DNA from: Dimargaris cristalligena | Taxonomy: Eukaryota | NCBI GenBank assembly: GCA_003614675.1 | Contig: ML002364.1 | Coordinates: forward strand, 1 to 38,070 | Reading direction: 5' to 3' | DNA: 38,070 nt | Shown here: positions 11,333 to 25,104 of the stretch, one piece after another | Layout: the number at the start of each line of letters is the position of its first letter | How positions within the stretch are numbered: the stretch's first letter is position 1 | Position numbers and translations under genes: made by a program | Notes under the pieces: generated by a model | What the model was told of the DNA's origin: nothing | The model's input: only the letters and a program-made list of their open reading frames with translations | Database searches by the model: none

Positions 11333-14300
11333 ATGAATAGCGGTTCCTTCTCTCTGCGTGCCGTGGACCGGGAAAAGGCCGAACGGGAACTGGCCATGCA
11401 CATCGCCAAGGCCTGTTCCGAGGTCGAAACCGCCCCGAAACAGAAGCATGTGCGGGCCATCACAATCTACACCTGGGACTACAAGACCTCGACATCCATC
11501 TGGTCCGGTCTCAAGGCCCAGCCCCTGCTGGCCGATGAGGTCAAGTGTTTCAAGGCGCTCATCTGCATCCACAAATTCATTCGTAGCGGCCACCCCGTGG
11601 CCATCAAGGAAGCCATTCGGGAAATGCCCTTTTTGGAAACCCTGGGTCGCCAGGCCATGAACGACGGCTGGCGCGGTTACGGTAACCTTATCCGGGGCTA
11701 CATTAACTTCCTCCTCGCCAAGCTGGAATACCACCGCCTGCACCCGGAGTTCCGGGGAGACTTTGATTACGACGACTACACTAGTTTGAAGGAAACTAAT
11801 GACCCCAACGAGGGCTACGAAACCATTTCTGACTTGCTGAGTCTCCAGGACCGTCTGGACCAGTTCCAGAAGCACGTTTTCAAGGCGTTCCGAACCACCT
11901 CCAACAACGAGTGCCGTATTTCCTCTCTCGTGCCCCTGGTGGAGGAGAGCTACGGTATTTACAAGTTTGCCACTCGGATGCTGATTGCCATGCACAAGCG
12001 GGTGGATATGAGCGATGCCCTAGCCCCCCTGCGGGCCCGCTTCAATACCCAGCATTATAATTTGCGCCGCTTCTACTACGAATGTTCCAATCTCCGCTAC
12101 CTGACTAGTCTCATTACCGTGCCCAAATTGCCCCAGGACCCGCCCAACCTGTTCGGGGAGGAAGAGGACCCCAACGCCCCTCGCCTCCCCGCCCGGGCGC
12201 AGATTGAACCCTCCCCCCAGCCCCGCTCGCCCCCACCGCCCGAACCCGCGGTCGACGCTGATCTAATCGCCCGCCAGGAAGCCGAGCTGCTGCGCCTCCA
12301 ACAGGAGGAAATGCAGCGCCAGCTATTGCTCAAACAGCAAATGGAACAGGAACAGTTGCAGCAGCAGCGGGAGTACGAAGAGCAGCAGCGTATGATGATG
12401 GAACAGCAACGGATGGCGCAGGAACAGCTTCTGCAGCAGCAAATGCAGCAGCAGGTTCAGGGTCGCATCGCGGAAATGGAGCGTGAACTGCTCAACTGGA
12501 AGGGCCAGCACGAGCGGGATCAAATGACCATCTCCCAGTATGATAAGGTAAGTGAAGGGAGGTGAAGTGTAGTGGGGGGCACCATGTATTCGGGGGGTTT
12601 CCTTCTTGGATAGGGGCGTTTCTATTGGTGACCAATCACTGGGAAATTAGCTGGTCATTGGCCCAACCCGAAAAAGCCAGCCGGCTTATTAGAAGGCAAT
12701 CACGATGCCAGTCCGATGGACGGACGTGACCAGTGGTCTCATATTCTGCGATCTCCGGAGTAGTATTGGTACAGACTCCGATATGAATTTGCCGGCCGAG
12801 TGCCCATATGATTACTAACACCCCCTTTCTTTAATTTGATGTATGTACAATTGGGACCACTCCATTCCATCTTCATCTTGGTCATATCCCACAGCGTGTC
12901 AAGGCACTGGAAGAGCAGCTTATGCAATTCAATATAAATAGCCAGCAGCGGGATCAAGCCAAGGACGATATGATCCGGGCCCTGCAGGACCAGGTGAACA
13001 TGTGGAAACAAAAATACGAGGCATTGGCCAAGATGTATGCTGAGCTTCGGCGCGAACACTTGGCCCTACTCAACCGCTTCAAGGAAGTCAGCGCCCGGGC
13101 CAATGCCGCCGCCGACGCCACCGCCAAAATGGAGAAGATGCAGAAGGACATGCGAGCCAAGAACCTCGAACTGGCTGATATGATCCGCGAACGGGACCGG
13201 GCCCAAAATGAACTGACCCGGTTCCGCGAGTCCCAGGAGGACGAACTCGACCGTCTGCGCCGCGATCTGGCCGAATCCAACGCCCGCATCAACGAACTGG
13301 GGCGCAACAAGGGGGCCGAAGTCGAATCCCTGCTGAGCCAGTTCAGTCTGGAAAAAGACGAGCTCAACCAGGAGATCTCGGCCCGCCAACGCGAGTTGGA
13401 TGAGCTGCGTCGCCAGCTGGATATCCTGCGTGGGGAAATGGAGCGGGAGCGCCAGCACAAGGATGATGAAATTGCGGTCCTCCAGGCCGGTATGGACCAG
13501 AGTATTATGGCGCTGGCCGAACTGCAGAACTCCACCCGGGGGGCCGAGAGCGACCTCGAGCGCCGTCTCAACAGCGCCCAGCTCGAACACGCCAGTAAGC
13601 TGCGCAAGATTCTGGACAGCGTGCTCCAGACGTGCGTCTCCAAAGTGGACGAGTCGGTCTTTGAGCTGCAGTCGTCGGCCCACCAGGGCAACCAGACCGC
13701 TACCCCGGAATACGCACTAGCCATGGTTGAGAAAGTATCGACCGCCTCCCAGGACTTCGCCTCGGCCTTCAATCGGCATTTGGCCAGTCAGGATGACCAC
13801 ACGACGGTGATTTACACCGCCACGGACCTGGCCCAGGCTATTTCGCAGCTGCTCATCAACACCAAGGGAGTATCTCGCTTGGCTACGGATGACCTGGCCG
13901 ACGAGCTGACCCAGTCGGCCCACGGTTCGGCCCTGTGTGCGCGCCGGTTCTTCGTGAACCTGCAGTCCTTCCAGCTCGAACGGGTGCTTTCATCCCAGCG
14001 GCCCGACGTGGCCCGTACCGCCAATGGCGAACTCCAGGAATCCCTCGGCAAGATCACGGCCCTGACGGAGTCCCTAGTTGCCCAGGATGGCTCCAAGGTC
14101 AGTGTGGCCACTTCGGGCAACATCGGCGATATGGTGGAACAGGCCATGTTGGACGCCTCCCAGGCCATTAGCGATGCCACCGCCCGATTGGCCAGTCTGT
14201 CGGCCCGTCAGCCGGATGCGAATGTGAGCGCGAGCGACCTGAAGGTCCACGCCGCTATTTTGGAGTCGGCCATGGCGATGATGAACGCTATTGCCCAGCT

Positions 14301-14844
14301 CATTAAATGTGCCACCGAGTCGCAACAGGAGATTGTGGCGCAGGGCCGCGGCACCAGCAGTACCCACGCGTTCTACAAGAAGAACAACCGCTGGACCGAA
14401 GGTTTGATTTCGGCGGCGCGGGCCGTGGCCTGGGCCACCCGGCTGTTGGTGGACACGGCGGACGGCGTCATCCAGAAGACGCACAGTTTCGAACAGCTCA
14501 TTGTTGCTTCTAATGAAGTGGCGGCGGCCACGGCCCAACTGGTCGCGGCGTCCCGGGTCAAATCGCAGCAGTATTCCAAGACCCAGGAGCGTTTGGAAAT
14601 GGCGGCCAAGGCGGTTACCGAGGCGGCCAAGAATTTGGTCAAGGCTGTCAAAGCCATTGCGGCCCGGCAGCTCGAAGAGAACGAAAAGAAGGTGAATTAC
14701 ACGGAACTTAGCAATACCGAGTTCAAAACCAAGGAAATGGAACAGCAGGTGGAAATCCAGAAACTCGATAAACAACTCATTCTGGCCCGACGTCGACTGG
14801 CGGAGATGCGGCGCTACGGTTACCATACGGACGAAACTAACTAA
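11333..14844 (+). CDS. SLA2: Sla2/End4 (HIP1R family) endocytic adaptor with ANTH, coiled coil and I/LWEQ domains, about 1054 aa
   Basis: Exons 11333-12547 and 12895-14844 (GTAAGT...ACAG, phase 0). ANTH motifs ETAPKQKHVR and DPNEGYETISDL; I/LWEQ motifs FYKKNNRWTEGLISAA and AATAQLVAASRVK. Confidence 0.96.
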
Positions 14845-16529
14845 TATCGACCATGTGGGGACCAGTGCTGTTTTTTATTTCATTTTTCATGTTTTTTTAA
14901 CTATGGTTTCGTAAATGTTTACCAACTTGACTATATATATATATAATTTGTTGGGCCTTTAGCTTTGTTTTTTATATACATATATACACAAAAAGATATA
15001 TTTTTTATCTTTTTGTTATTTTCAATAATACCCCATCTTTTTACATTCCGGTTAATACTCCCAGCGCTTTACTATAATACCCGATTAGTTAGTTCTGGAA
15101 TAGAATTGAAACATAGACTATGGCCCGAATCCGGGTGAATTCGACAAGGTGGTATAGCAAGATGAAGGAATTGGGAAGAGTTGGCTAGGGAGAGCAGCTC
15201 CGGTAGAAGCCAGGGAGGACTACTTTCAGGCACAGTCAGTGGTGGTTTGTTGTATAGTCTGGACAAAACAGTAGCATAGGGTTCTGTGACAGTAATTGGT
15301 ATAATGCCTTACATTTTGATATTCTTCTCATTCGCCTCCATCGCAAGTCCAGCCACATGCATCTGGTATACTTAAGTGGCTGATGTTGCCTTTATGGATA
15401 TGACAGTCATTGTAATTCCCTACGGTTTGCCTGAGCCAACTACTAGGCCGGGATGGATATACTACTAATCTGTTACCTTCTATATTACTAGACAGTCTGT
15501 TGGCAGCTTACAGGATCCTCTGACGTTAAAAGAGCTTGGTCCAGTGCGATTGTACCCACCTCATAGAGCCGGGTATATAGATTGATAGCTGCTAGTAACT
15601 CGAACTAAGCAACTGTAGTAAAGGTATGGTAAATATTTACACATAGCCTAGGCAAGTGCCTCTATACTGGCCATCCCGGCCGAGGTGAAGCCACATATTC
15701 CCATTATTGTGCGAAGCTAACCCGTCTACCTGAAAAGGGGACTTGGTGGTGACTCAGTCTATGATGACTAATAATGGTAGGTACTACTGGGCCAGTTCCG
15801 CAATTCTTGTCATGGGTGGTGGTTGTATTTTGACATGTTCAGTGTGCTTCCGTACTGCAGCCGAGAGTAATACAAAATGGAGAATACTAACTCGTTTTAG
15901 AAAGTAGTAGCGGTTACGATACCCGGATGTCGATACCGATATGCCGTGTGATTTGATGCCCATTTTCGCATCACTTGTATTATTTATACATTGGAAAATG
16001 CAAAGTAATCATCGACCGGTTGATCGGTTTTTTACTATTGATACGCGGCCGAAGACGAGGCGACGAGGCACACTTGGCCGGGTGATTTTATTGAACAAGT
16101 ATACTTGGATCCTCTCCCTGGTCCAGTAACTCGGTAGTAGTTCCCCCCTGTACTATCCCACGGCCAAAAGCGCATTCTTGGTTCTTTGGTGAGCCTACCA
16201 AACCGAACCAGTAGGAACAGAGCTGATCGTGTGCCCTACAGGTCATTCCCCTTACTGCGTATATTACTTAAGTAGCTTATTAACCACCACTTATTTACTA
16301 TCCGCACAGCCCCTTACTTAACGGTTCGATCCCTATTCCAAAGACTCTCTCGAGTTCGAGACAGACCCTTTCTCCTTCTGGTTTACTACTTCCCCCCTTT
16401 GGCTCGGTCCGTAAGTTTCCTCCAGTTTCCGTTCATTTCGATTGCGGTCGTTTCTTTTCACCTACAATTCTACATTCTCTCCTGGTTTCTTCCAGTTAGT
16501 TTTTTTCTGCTCTCGTGAATCCACCCGAC

Positions 16530-18620
16530 ATGCCCGAAAACCAACCCATAACCATCGGAGCTCAGCCCGTGCAACTCGACCGGGAATTAACCAGAAAGCT
16601 CGATCAATACGATGAAGTAGGCCACGATTTCCTCGTCGTGCCCATCAGCAACGACCATTTTAGGAAGCGCATGCAAAAAGCCCTAGCCGAGGCCAGCGAA
16701 ACTACTACCACTACCACTACTACTGCTTCCGAGGCGGACCCTTCTGCGACACCGTCCCTCGCCCCGGAAGAACGCGATCGGCTATTCCAGGCCCCTTTTG
16801 ATGTGACGGATCTGTACATCCGCACGGCCGAAAGCTGCGAGCGTTTAGTGGGTCTATCCGCGGCTTGGACCCATCTGGATGCCGAGTCGAGCGCCGAACG
16901 GTACTTGGCCGAAAAGGTCCTGGAAAAGGAACTGTCGTGGGCCGCCCATATCGGGGTGTCGGCCATTATCCTGCCCGAACTGGCTTTGCACTCGGACCGG
17001 TTTATTAATTACGCCCGTTTGATTTGCCGGGCCATTCACGAGTTTTCGTTTCTCCAGATTTGGTTGCGGGTCGCCGTCGGCGGGGGTGGTGGACCTTCCT
17101 CCTCCTCTGGATCGGACCCCCAGAAGGCCTGGAAAAACTGGACTACCCTGAAACAAATGTGCGGTCACTCGGCCCGGCTACAGGTAACCCTCATTCTCGG
17201 CGCCGACTTGCCCAACGGAGCCCTGCTGAACCAGTGGTTTGCGGAGCCCCTCAAATGCGTCGTGGTCCCCACCTCGACCTTCACGACCAACTCCAAGGGC
17301 TACCCGGTGCTTAGCAAGGCCCACCAGCATCTGGTGCGCCGGCTCCTCAATTTCACCCATTATTTCGTGATTGAAGAAACCGCCGCCGAAGGACCGACGG
17401 GCCTAACGGGGCACCACCAGAAATTCCTGCGGTACTTGGCTGCGGAGAACCCCGAGATGAGTACGTTGGAGAAGTTTGCCGCCGGTTACAAGGACTACCT
17501 GCAGTCGCCGCTGCAGCCCCTCATGGATCACTTGGAGTCCGCCACGTACGCCACGTTTGAACAGGATCCGGTGAAGTACCAGCAGTACGAACGGGCCATT
17601 TATGAAGCCCTACTGGACCGGTTCCCGCCGGCCGATTGTAGTAATACTGTCCCGGCCGAGGAGGCCCGGAACTGTGTCATTTTTGTCGTGGGTGCCGGTC
17701 GGGGCCCTTTGGTCGACCGGAGTCTGGCGGCCGCGGACCAAGCCCGGCGGCGGGTCAAAATATACGCCCTGGAGAAGAATCCCAATGCGTACGTGACCTT
17801 ACAACGCAAACAAAGTACCACCTGGAAGGAACGCGTCACGGTAGTCTTCGGCGATATGCGGTACTGGCAGCCCCCGGAACGGGCCGATATCCTCGTCTCC
17901 GAACTACTCGGCTCATTCGGCGATAACGAACTATCCCCGGAATGCCTCGACGGGGCCCAGCGCCTCCTCAAACCCGAGGGCATCTCCATTCCGTCGTCCT
18001 ACAGCTCCTACCTGGCCCCCCTCTCCTCGTCCAAATTATACAACCAAGTGGCGGCCCTGAACGGTATCGCTCACTTCCAAACACCGTTTGTGGTCCTCTT
18101 TGACGCCGTCGATTGTCTGTACCCGCCCCAGCAGGTATGGCAATTCCACCACCCCAACCCCACCGTTCCGTCGGACGCCACGGCCCTGGCCCGCATTGAT
18201 AACCACCATAATACCCGGTACTCCGTGAACCACTTCCAAAGCACCAACTCCGCCCTGGTCCACGGCCTAGCCGGCTACTTTGACGCAGTGCTCTACAAGA
18301 ACGTTACCCTCAGTATTCACCCGGACTCGCACACCCCCGGCATGTTCAGCTGGTTCCCCATTTACTTCCCCTTGAAAACCCCCATTTTGGTGCCGGAAGG
18401 AGCCGTCATTGAAACCCACTTGTGGCGTCTGACGTCGGCTTCGAAGGTGTGGTATGAGTGGTGTCTGACGACCGAGGTCGCGACCACCGTAACCAATGAT
18501 GATACCCAGGAAGATGGGCAATCCGCCGACTCGGACCATACTCCCACTAAACCCCATACCAATGTCTTTTCCACGACAATTCATAATTTGAACGGTAGCT
18601 CCTACTGGATTGGCCTCTAA
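16530..18620 (+). CDS. PRMT5: Protein arginine N-methyltransferase 5 (Skb1/Hsl7), intronless, about 696 aa
   Basis: Motifs YLQSPLQPLMDHLES, VVGAGRGPLV (SAM binding), DILVSELLGSFGDNELSPECLDG (double-E loop) and GMFSWFP. First ATG is at 16530. Confidence 0.96.
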   Translation: MPENQPITIGAQPVQLDRELTRKLDQYDEVGHDFLVVPISNDHFRKRMQKALAEASETTTTTTTTASEADPSATPSLAPEERDRLFQAPFDVTDLYIRTAESCERLVGLSAAWTHLDAESSAERYLAEKVLEKELSWAAHIGVSAIILPELALHSDRFINYARLICRAIHEFSFLQIWLRVAVGGGGGPSSSSGSDPQKAWKNWTTLKQMCGHSARLQVTLILGADLPNGALLNQWFAEPLKCVVVPTSTFTTNSKGYPVLSKAHQHLVRRLLNFTHYFVIEETAAEGPTGLTGHHQKFLRYLAAENPEMSTLEKFAAGYKDYLQSPLQPLMDHLESATYATFEQDPVKYQQYERAIYEALLDRFPPADCSNTVPAEEARNCVIFVVGAGRGPLVDRSLAAADQARRRVKIYALEKNPNAYVTLQRKQSTTWKERVTVVFGDMRYWQPPERADILVSELLGSFGDNELSPECLDGAQRLLKPEGISIPSSYSSYLAPLSSSKLYNQVAALNGIAHFQTPFVVLFDAVDCLYPPQQVWQFHHPNPTVPSDATALARIDNHHNTRYSVNHFQSTNSALVHGLAGYFDAVLYKNVTLSIHPDSHTPGMFSWFPIYFPLKTPILVPEGAVIETHLWRLTSASKVWYEWCLTTEVATTVTNDDTQEDGQSADSDHTPTKPHTNVFSTTIHNLNGSSYWIGL

Positions 18621-20371
18621 ATACCATCGTTTTGAATCCGGTGGCTTCTTGGCGTAAATTTTGCATATTTTCTTATTACCAGTTTTTTTTTCATCTCGCT
18701 TTTTTATTCCCTTTTCTTCCCCCCTCCTAGCCCTCTGCGGCTTTGTTTTTGCTCCCCCCATTCTTCACAATTGCGTAAGCAGTACCATAATAATACTACA
18801 CTCTAATATAGCCTATACGTATCTGTTTTTGGAAATATGTGTCTCTGGTCTCATTTTTCCAATGGTTTTGTTCGACTATCCACGGATATTATAGGGGATT
18901 TTGAAAAACGGCACTATGTGAATCAGACTAGACAGAGTCTTGGTGGAATAAATAGAATGTGGAGTATCCTGATGTGAAGTCCTTTTAAAGACAAGAAATA
19001 CCGCAGTTCTAAGGAATTGTATGAAGGGCGTGCCTGCTGCTGAAATGGTGAGAAGGTGGAATTCTTTATAGGTCATCTAAAAAGCGTTTGAACTATCGTA
19101 GTCAGATGTATAGCCCTAGATTAACGGCATTATAGATCGATCAGATAGCATCGGACTCTGTTTTCCCTTTAACTCCTTAACATAATATGGGTGTGGTTGG
19201 TAGCCAAGTGATATTATAATGTCGAGTCTGTTGGGTTGGGTTTGTTGGGTATGGTTAATTTGAAGGAATACGAAGCTTCAAGAGCTATGAAGCACCAATT
19301 GTCACGTATCCAGCCAAGACACCCTTCTCGTGTTGATCCAACGCACAGACCCAACTCTACATATTGGCCAAACTGTATATTACAAATTGATGTGCACCAG
19401 CCAAAAATATAGTATTGCCAGTAAGTTTGAGAATAGGGTGAAGTCGCTTTTTTTTGCGGCTCAAAGTGTGGGGATGTCATACATGATGAATCGCTGCTAT
19501 GACTCGTTAAACTGTGGTTTTAAGTAACCTGTCGGTCCGGAAAATTACCGACTGCAGGGGGAAGGGCAATGGATCAATACGCCGACTTTGGGGAATTCGA
19601 TCAACCCCCTCCCCCTTTGCCTTGCTAGACTGGTATAATCCGATAGATCCACCGTCGATCCGAACCGAAGGGTTCCATAGTTGATAACCTACATATATGG
19701 ATGTATTTCAACGAGTGGGCCCGACTGCAAAGGCATTTTGCACTTTTATCTAAATACACAGCCCACCTTTTCTATTGAAGTGTATTCCTTCTGCCCTTAA
19801 GTCTGGATGAAAATGGCTCACTTACCTTGTAAATATATCTGGCGAGGATACTGTGGTACCTGTTGGGATCGGCAAATCATGACATGTGTTGTTGTCCATC
19901 AATGTGGGCTGGGTTTTGTGCGCCGCTACTATATTCTCTATACATCCTGTATTTTCCCCCACATTACTAGCGAGTGAACAGCTGGAGGGGGGCGGGGATA
20001 TACCATGTAAAGCGCAGCGCCCTAAATCTCTAATACCTGGAAGAAAAGGGCAGGGAAGTAAAGAAAGACCGAAAGGGTCAGCCCCGCGATCCTTTTATGT
20101 GCCCTCTCTCCCCCACCCCCGCCGCCATACGCCCGTAGTAGGGCTTAGTGGTCAACTAGGGGCTGGGCTAACCAGCGCAGTCTCTCTCCCTTTCTCTTCT
20201 TCTCTGCCATTCTATTTCGGCTCTTTCTTGGTTGCGCATTGTCCCATTGGCTCTTGTCATCTCTAGCCCGATTGAGTCCATTCCCCCTTTTTTATATATA
20301 GATATCTAGAAAAAATAGACCCTGTCGTATCTATCTAGATACCTCTCAGCACGCATTGTCAGTCTACTCAC

Positions 20372-23300
20372 ATGCTCGACCTGAAAGAATGCCTACGCGA
20401 CACTCCGGCCTACCGCCAGGGGCTCGGAGAAAAAGAGGATTTCGTGGCCCAGTACGAAACCGCCGTGCGTAACCTAACCAAACTGAACAAAACCGCCGCT
20501 GACATTTCCCGAGGTAACCGTCCATTCTTAATGAGGAAGGGGGGTAGCCTAGGCGAGAACTCCCGCCCCCCCCTCGCCTCTCGACCATTAACCATATTGG
20601 CGGGTTTATTTTCTGGGTCTTTTTGTTCAAGTATAGCTTCTTTGCCCATTGCAAATGCTTGGTATCACTCCGGGCCCCATCCTCTAACTTCCCCCTCTGA
20701 AACGCTCTCGTGCTGCCTTCTCCTATTTCTTACTCCCCTCTACAATACCCCCTTCGCCCTCCACTGTCACTTAGACTTAAGCGTTAAACATACCCAATTT
20801 ACCGATGAGGTTAATCAGTTTGTGAAGGGGTCGTTCGCAGATACCGGGACTATTGGTAAGCGGTGACAATTCGTTTGAAATAATGGTGCATAGTGGTACC
20901 TGTATCCCTATTCAATCATACAAACATGTCCCTTTATTTTAGCCCAATGTCCGTGTGCCTTATAATAAGACATCTCTCTCCGCTAACCGTTACATATATA
21001 TATATATATACCTATAACTTCGGGTCGTAGCAACTACGGTCGAGAGATTCTGTCGTACTATTCGGGAAATCGAGCGCAACCGGGCCATGCAGGTAAGTCT
21101 GCGAACCCTTATCGGAACTATCACTCTCTAGATATATATATATATATATATATCTTCCATACTACGAACAATGGTCAGAAAATCCGTTACTAAATCACTC
21201 GATTCTGGGAGGTGTTAATTTTTGGTACATTGCCGTATCTGTGCCGTGGGAATGGGGGGCTGCCGTGATATAAATGGGGGAAAACGCATATAGGCTGCTC
21301 AAATGATGGATGTGTTCGTTCATCCCCTCGAGGAATTTGTCAAGAATGAACTTCAGCCGATCAAAGACACCAGAAAACGTTTCGAAAAGGCCAGCGACGA
21401 CTATGACTATTTACTCAATAAGTCTATGGGTAAGCGCCCCAAGGACCCGAGCATTCCGGACGTAAGTAAAGTTCGCTATAATCCAAGCGGGCTATTTTAC
21501 AATTCCCTAAACCGCCAATGCTATCCCCAAAAACGCTCCATATCCTTAAACTGCACTCGACGTATAACGACTAAACAATTAGCTCCAATCTACTACCACC
21601 CTGCATTGATGACCCACCTATTTGATGCGCTAGTGCGACCGGGATGTAAAAGAGAGCAAATCGAACTTTTACGAAAAATCAATGGACTACTCGATCACTC
21701 TTCTCGACGCCAGTTCCGTGAAACGACTGGAATTCATTGAACATGTAAGTCTAACCCCTGCTTACATACTGGAATATTTGGAAATCGCATGTCCTTTAAT
21801 GACAGCACACAAAGCAGTTTAATCAAGTCCGAAGGTTACGCACGGTACTGACCCTCTTGTTCTTTGCCTATTCACCGTCACTGCCAAACTCGTTACGTCA
21901 ATTAGGTGCTAGCTTTTATGTTTACTCAGTATACATTTTTTCACCAAGGCTACGAAATGCTCAAAGAGCTGGACCCACTGATGCGGGAACTCACAGGTAA
22001 TGTGTAGTTATTTTAAAAAGCAGTATATATATATATATTCAGATGTAGGCGACGGCCGGTTTTAAGTAGGGCGTTCCCATTAGAGACTTGGTCTGTACTT
22101 TCTTGTCGAGTCGAATACTATCAACTTCAATAATGTGTAATAGCTAATAATGACTATACTGTAGAATGTGCTTCTATTTGAATTCGGGAATACTCGTGTC
22201 ACTCTCTTACTCCTATCTGACAGACCAACTTCATAACGTAAGATTCCGCTATCAAGAATTGTTAACATATCCGCTTAAACTATATTTCACTTCAATAAGA
22301 ATGAGTGTAATTATCTAGTGCATTCGGGATGGCTGAACTAATGTAACACCCTATTTGCATCGTACGTTCATCACGATCCCTATGCTTTTCCGACTACAAC
22401 AGATGCGTGCCGAGTACAGTAAAGTGATTTCGGAAGCCCGGGAGGAGAAAAGTCGGTTGGCTACAGTAGGTTTTCTTTTAACGTTGACTGTATCGAGATT
22501 CGGAATAATATAAAAAGAGAGATGCTGAGTGTATATATGTATAGGTAAGTATGCCTATCCTTGTAGGTCACCAATTGACCAGTTACTTCCCCATATCTAT
22601 TTGGCCCTAACCAATCCAAACTGCAACCCTTGTTACATCATTTCTTGGATTTGATTTTCCTTCACTCTCTCACTATTCCGAAATCTTCTAATGTTCGGTA
22701 GGAAATCGTGGCCAACCCCGACTCATCCGAGTTCTTGAGCCAGAAAATCGAGCCCAAAGAGTTTTTAGATAAGTCGCAACCTATTGTTCCTATTCGCAAA
22801 TGCGGGTACTTATTTTTGCGGACTAACTATACGTTGATGGCCAGTTGGAACCGCCGGTATTTTGAACTACAAGGGGACGCCTTGGTTCATTGTGATCGGA
22901 ATAAGGTGAGCTTTCTTCTACTACGTATATATATATATGTGTGTGTTCGGCTATTGGAGCTAGTAAGCCTTATAATTTAATATCTGATAGACTTAGTTTT
23001 AAATTACATGTGCTGATATTGCGATTATTACTAATTAGACCCTGTGGTTCTATCGACTGTGTAAATTATACAAACAATGGAATACGTTTATAAAAACTAG
23101 GATAAAGAAGCCGAATCAATCAACCTTCATGTTTCGACCGTCAAGCCATCGACACAAGCTGAGCGGCGTTTCTGTTTCGAAATTATTTCACCTACAAAGT
23201 AAGTTGCCCTCCTCCTCTCCTCTTTCATATTGGATCTGATTGCGTTGGTATATTTGGGAGAAATTCAACTCGACTTTTTAGGGAGTTGCCAGATAGAATA

Positions 23301-25104
23301 CGGTGTAGTTGGTTTGACTTCGAAATACCCTGATCTAGCCTGTGGGCTTTTTGCTACCGGTATACGCCTATCTTATACCTGCTTATATATATATACTACA
23401 TGCAGTTGGCGATGGCGGGTGACCCATGTGCTAATTATCAGTGATATTTTACTTTGCTATTTTTTAGAACGTTTATTCTTCAGGCCCCTTCAGCAGCGGA
23501 TATGAAAGACTGGATCACCTGTATCCAGTGTGCAATTGAGCAGTCCTATTTCTCGGGTCATCCTGCACCAAATCGCGCGGCTAAGTCCGTGTCCATTTCC
23601 CCCGGCCAACATGTAAGTTTTATCCACTTTGGCCAATCGGCTCCTGTTCGCCTAATTTATTTATGTTATTATTTTACGATTGGCAACCGGGCTAGCGAAT
23701 GTCTATTGAGAACTAACAAACCAGCCTTGTTTGTATTTATTTATGACAATTGGATGGTTCAAACCCCGGTGTTCAGTCAATTGGGAGCTACACCCAACTG
23801 GGTAACGCTGACGATGACGACGACCCTATCCCCGATAGTGCGGCCATCTCACGCCGCGAAACGATCGAGCAAATCAAAGCGGTACCCAGCAACAACCAAT
23901 GTGTGGACTGCGGGGCCCCCGACCCCACTTGGGCCAGCATCAACATGGGTTCCCTCCTATGTATTGACTGCTCCGGGATCCACCGGAGTCTAGGTGTGCA
24001 TATTTCCAAAGTACGCTCCCTGGAGTTGGACAACTGGGAACCTGAGCAAGTGGAAATCATGCTCCGCCTAGGTAATAAGGTCGTAAACGATATTTACGAG
24101 AGTGCGCTGCGCACGGAGGCCCCTCCCCTAGCGGTGGAAGACGATCCTTCCCAACCACCCCCGAGGAGAATTACGGCCGACATGGAAAGAATCGAGAAGG
24201 CGGCCTGGATTAAATCAAAGTACATTGAGCGGGCGTTCATTGACGGCAGTGGGGCGATGGGGGGTGACGAAGTGGGCAGCGACGGCCTATCCCGATACAA
24301 CGACCAAATGTGGCTAGCCGCCCAGGAGGGTAATTTGGCGGGAGTATTGCGCTGCATCGCGCAGGGCGCTGACGTCAACTACCGTAACGACGCCGAAAAC
24401 TGTAAAACCGCCTTACATTTGGCAGCCCTGCAGAGCAATTACGTGTCGGTGGAGTTCTTGCTCCATTGGTTCGCGGATATTAATGCGGTCGATGGCGATG
24501 GGCGGACGTGCTTACATTATGCGGCGGCGGTGGATGATGCTTCGTTTGTGTGGTTTTTGCTCAAGAAAAACGCGCAGTGGGATGTTATGGACAAGGATGG
24601 AGTGGTGAGTTTGGGCTGTAGTGCTATATTGTCATTGGTATTATTATTATTATCAATAGTAGGGTTATTTGGTAGATGGATCTACATATCTATATCGAAC
24701 TATCCCAGGTCTTACCGTTTGTTGAAATTGGATCAGATGTGCCTATTCCATGGCATCTGGTCTATCTAGACCAACTGGATACATAATGAATGATTACGGA
24801 CTAACCTCATTTTTATTTATATCTATATATTGGTTTTTATCAATCGGTTTCGACTTTGTCCGGACATATCCAGCAACCCCTCGATATGGCTCTGGAAGCG
24901 GCCCACGTACAGGTGGTAATGGCCCTGCGCTATGCCACATTCCTCCGGGAAACCGCCGACCCGGGCCAGGCCCTTTCCCGGGACAACAATTTCGAATTCC
25001 AGCAAAGTCTGCAGCCTAACCATTTGCTCCAGAAATTGGGCAAACCGCGGTCGGTTAGCGAAGTGATTCCTAAACGCCCCATCAATGATATATTTAACCA
25101 TTGA
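20372..25104 (+). CDS. ACAP/centaurin-beta-like BAR-PH-ArfGAP-ankyrin protein, about 745 aa, 13 exons
   Basis: Exons 20372-20513, 20775-20855, 21031-21092, 21294-21461, 21634-21744, 21906-21996, 22224-22237, 22403-22465, 22702-22905, 23101-23198, 23468-23612, 23777-24604 and 24874-25104, all GT-AG and phase-consistent. BAR (DTPAYR, FFHQGYE), PH (KCGYL..WNRRYF, RRFCFEI), ArfGAP (CVDC-x16[21 protein letters not shown]) and ankyrin (TALHLAA, TCLHYAA) motifs. Confidence 0.9.

Noticed and set aside
11303-14826. Long antisense ORFs over SLA2 (230, 272, 205 and 250 aa) and similar ones over SYF1, PRMT5, TrpF and the kinase
   Set aside because: These are expected shadows of GC-rich, codon-biased coding sequence and show no independent motifs.
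15761-15870. ATGATGA as a C box of a snoRNA
   Set aside because: No suitably placed CTGA D box or terminal stem was found.
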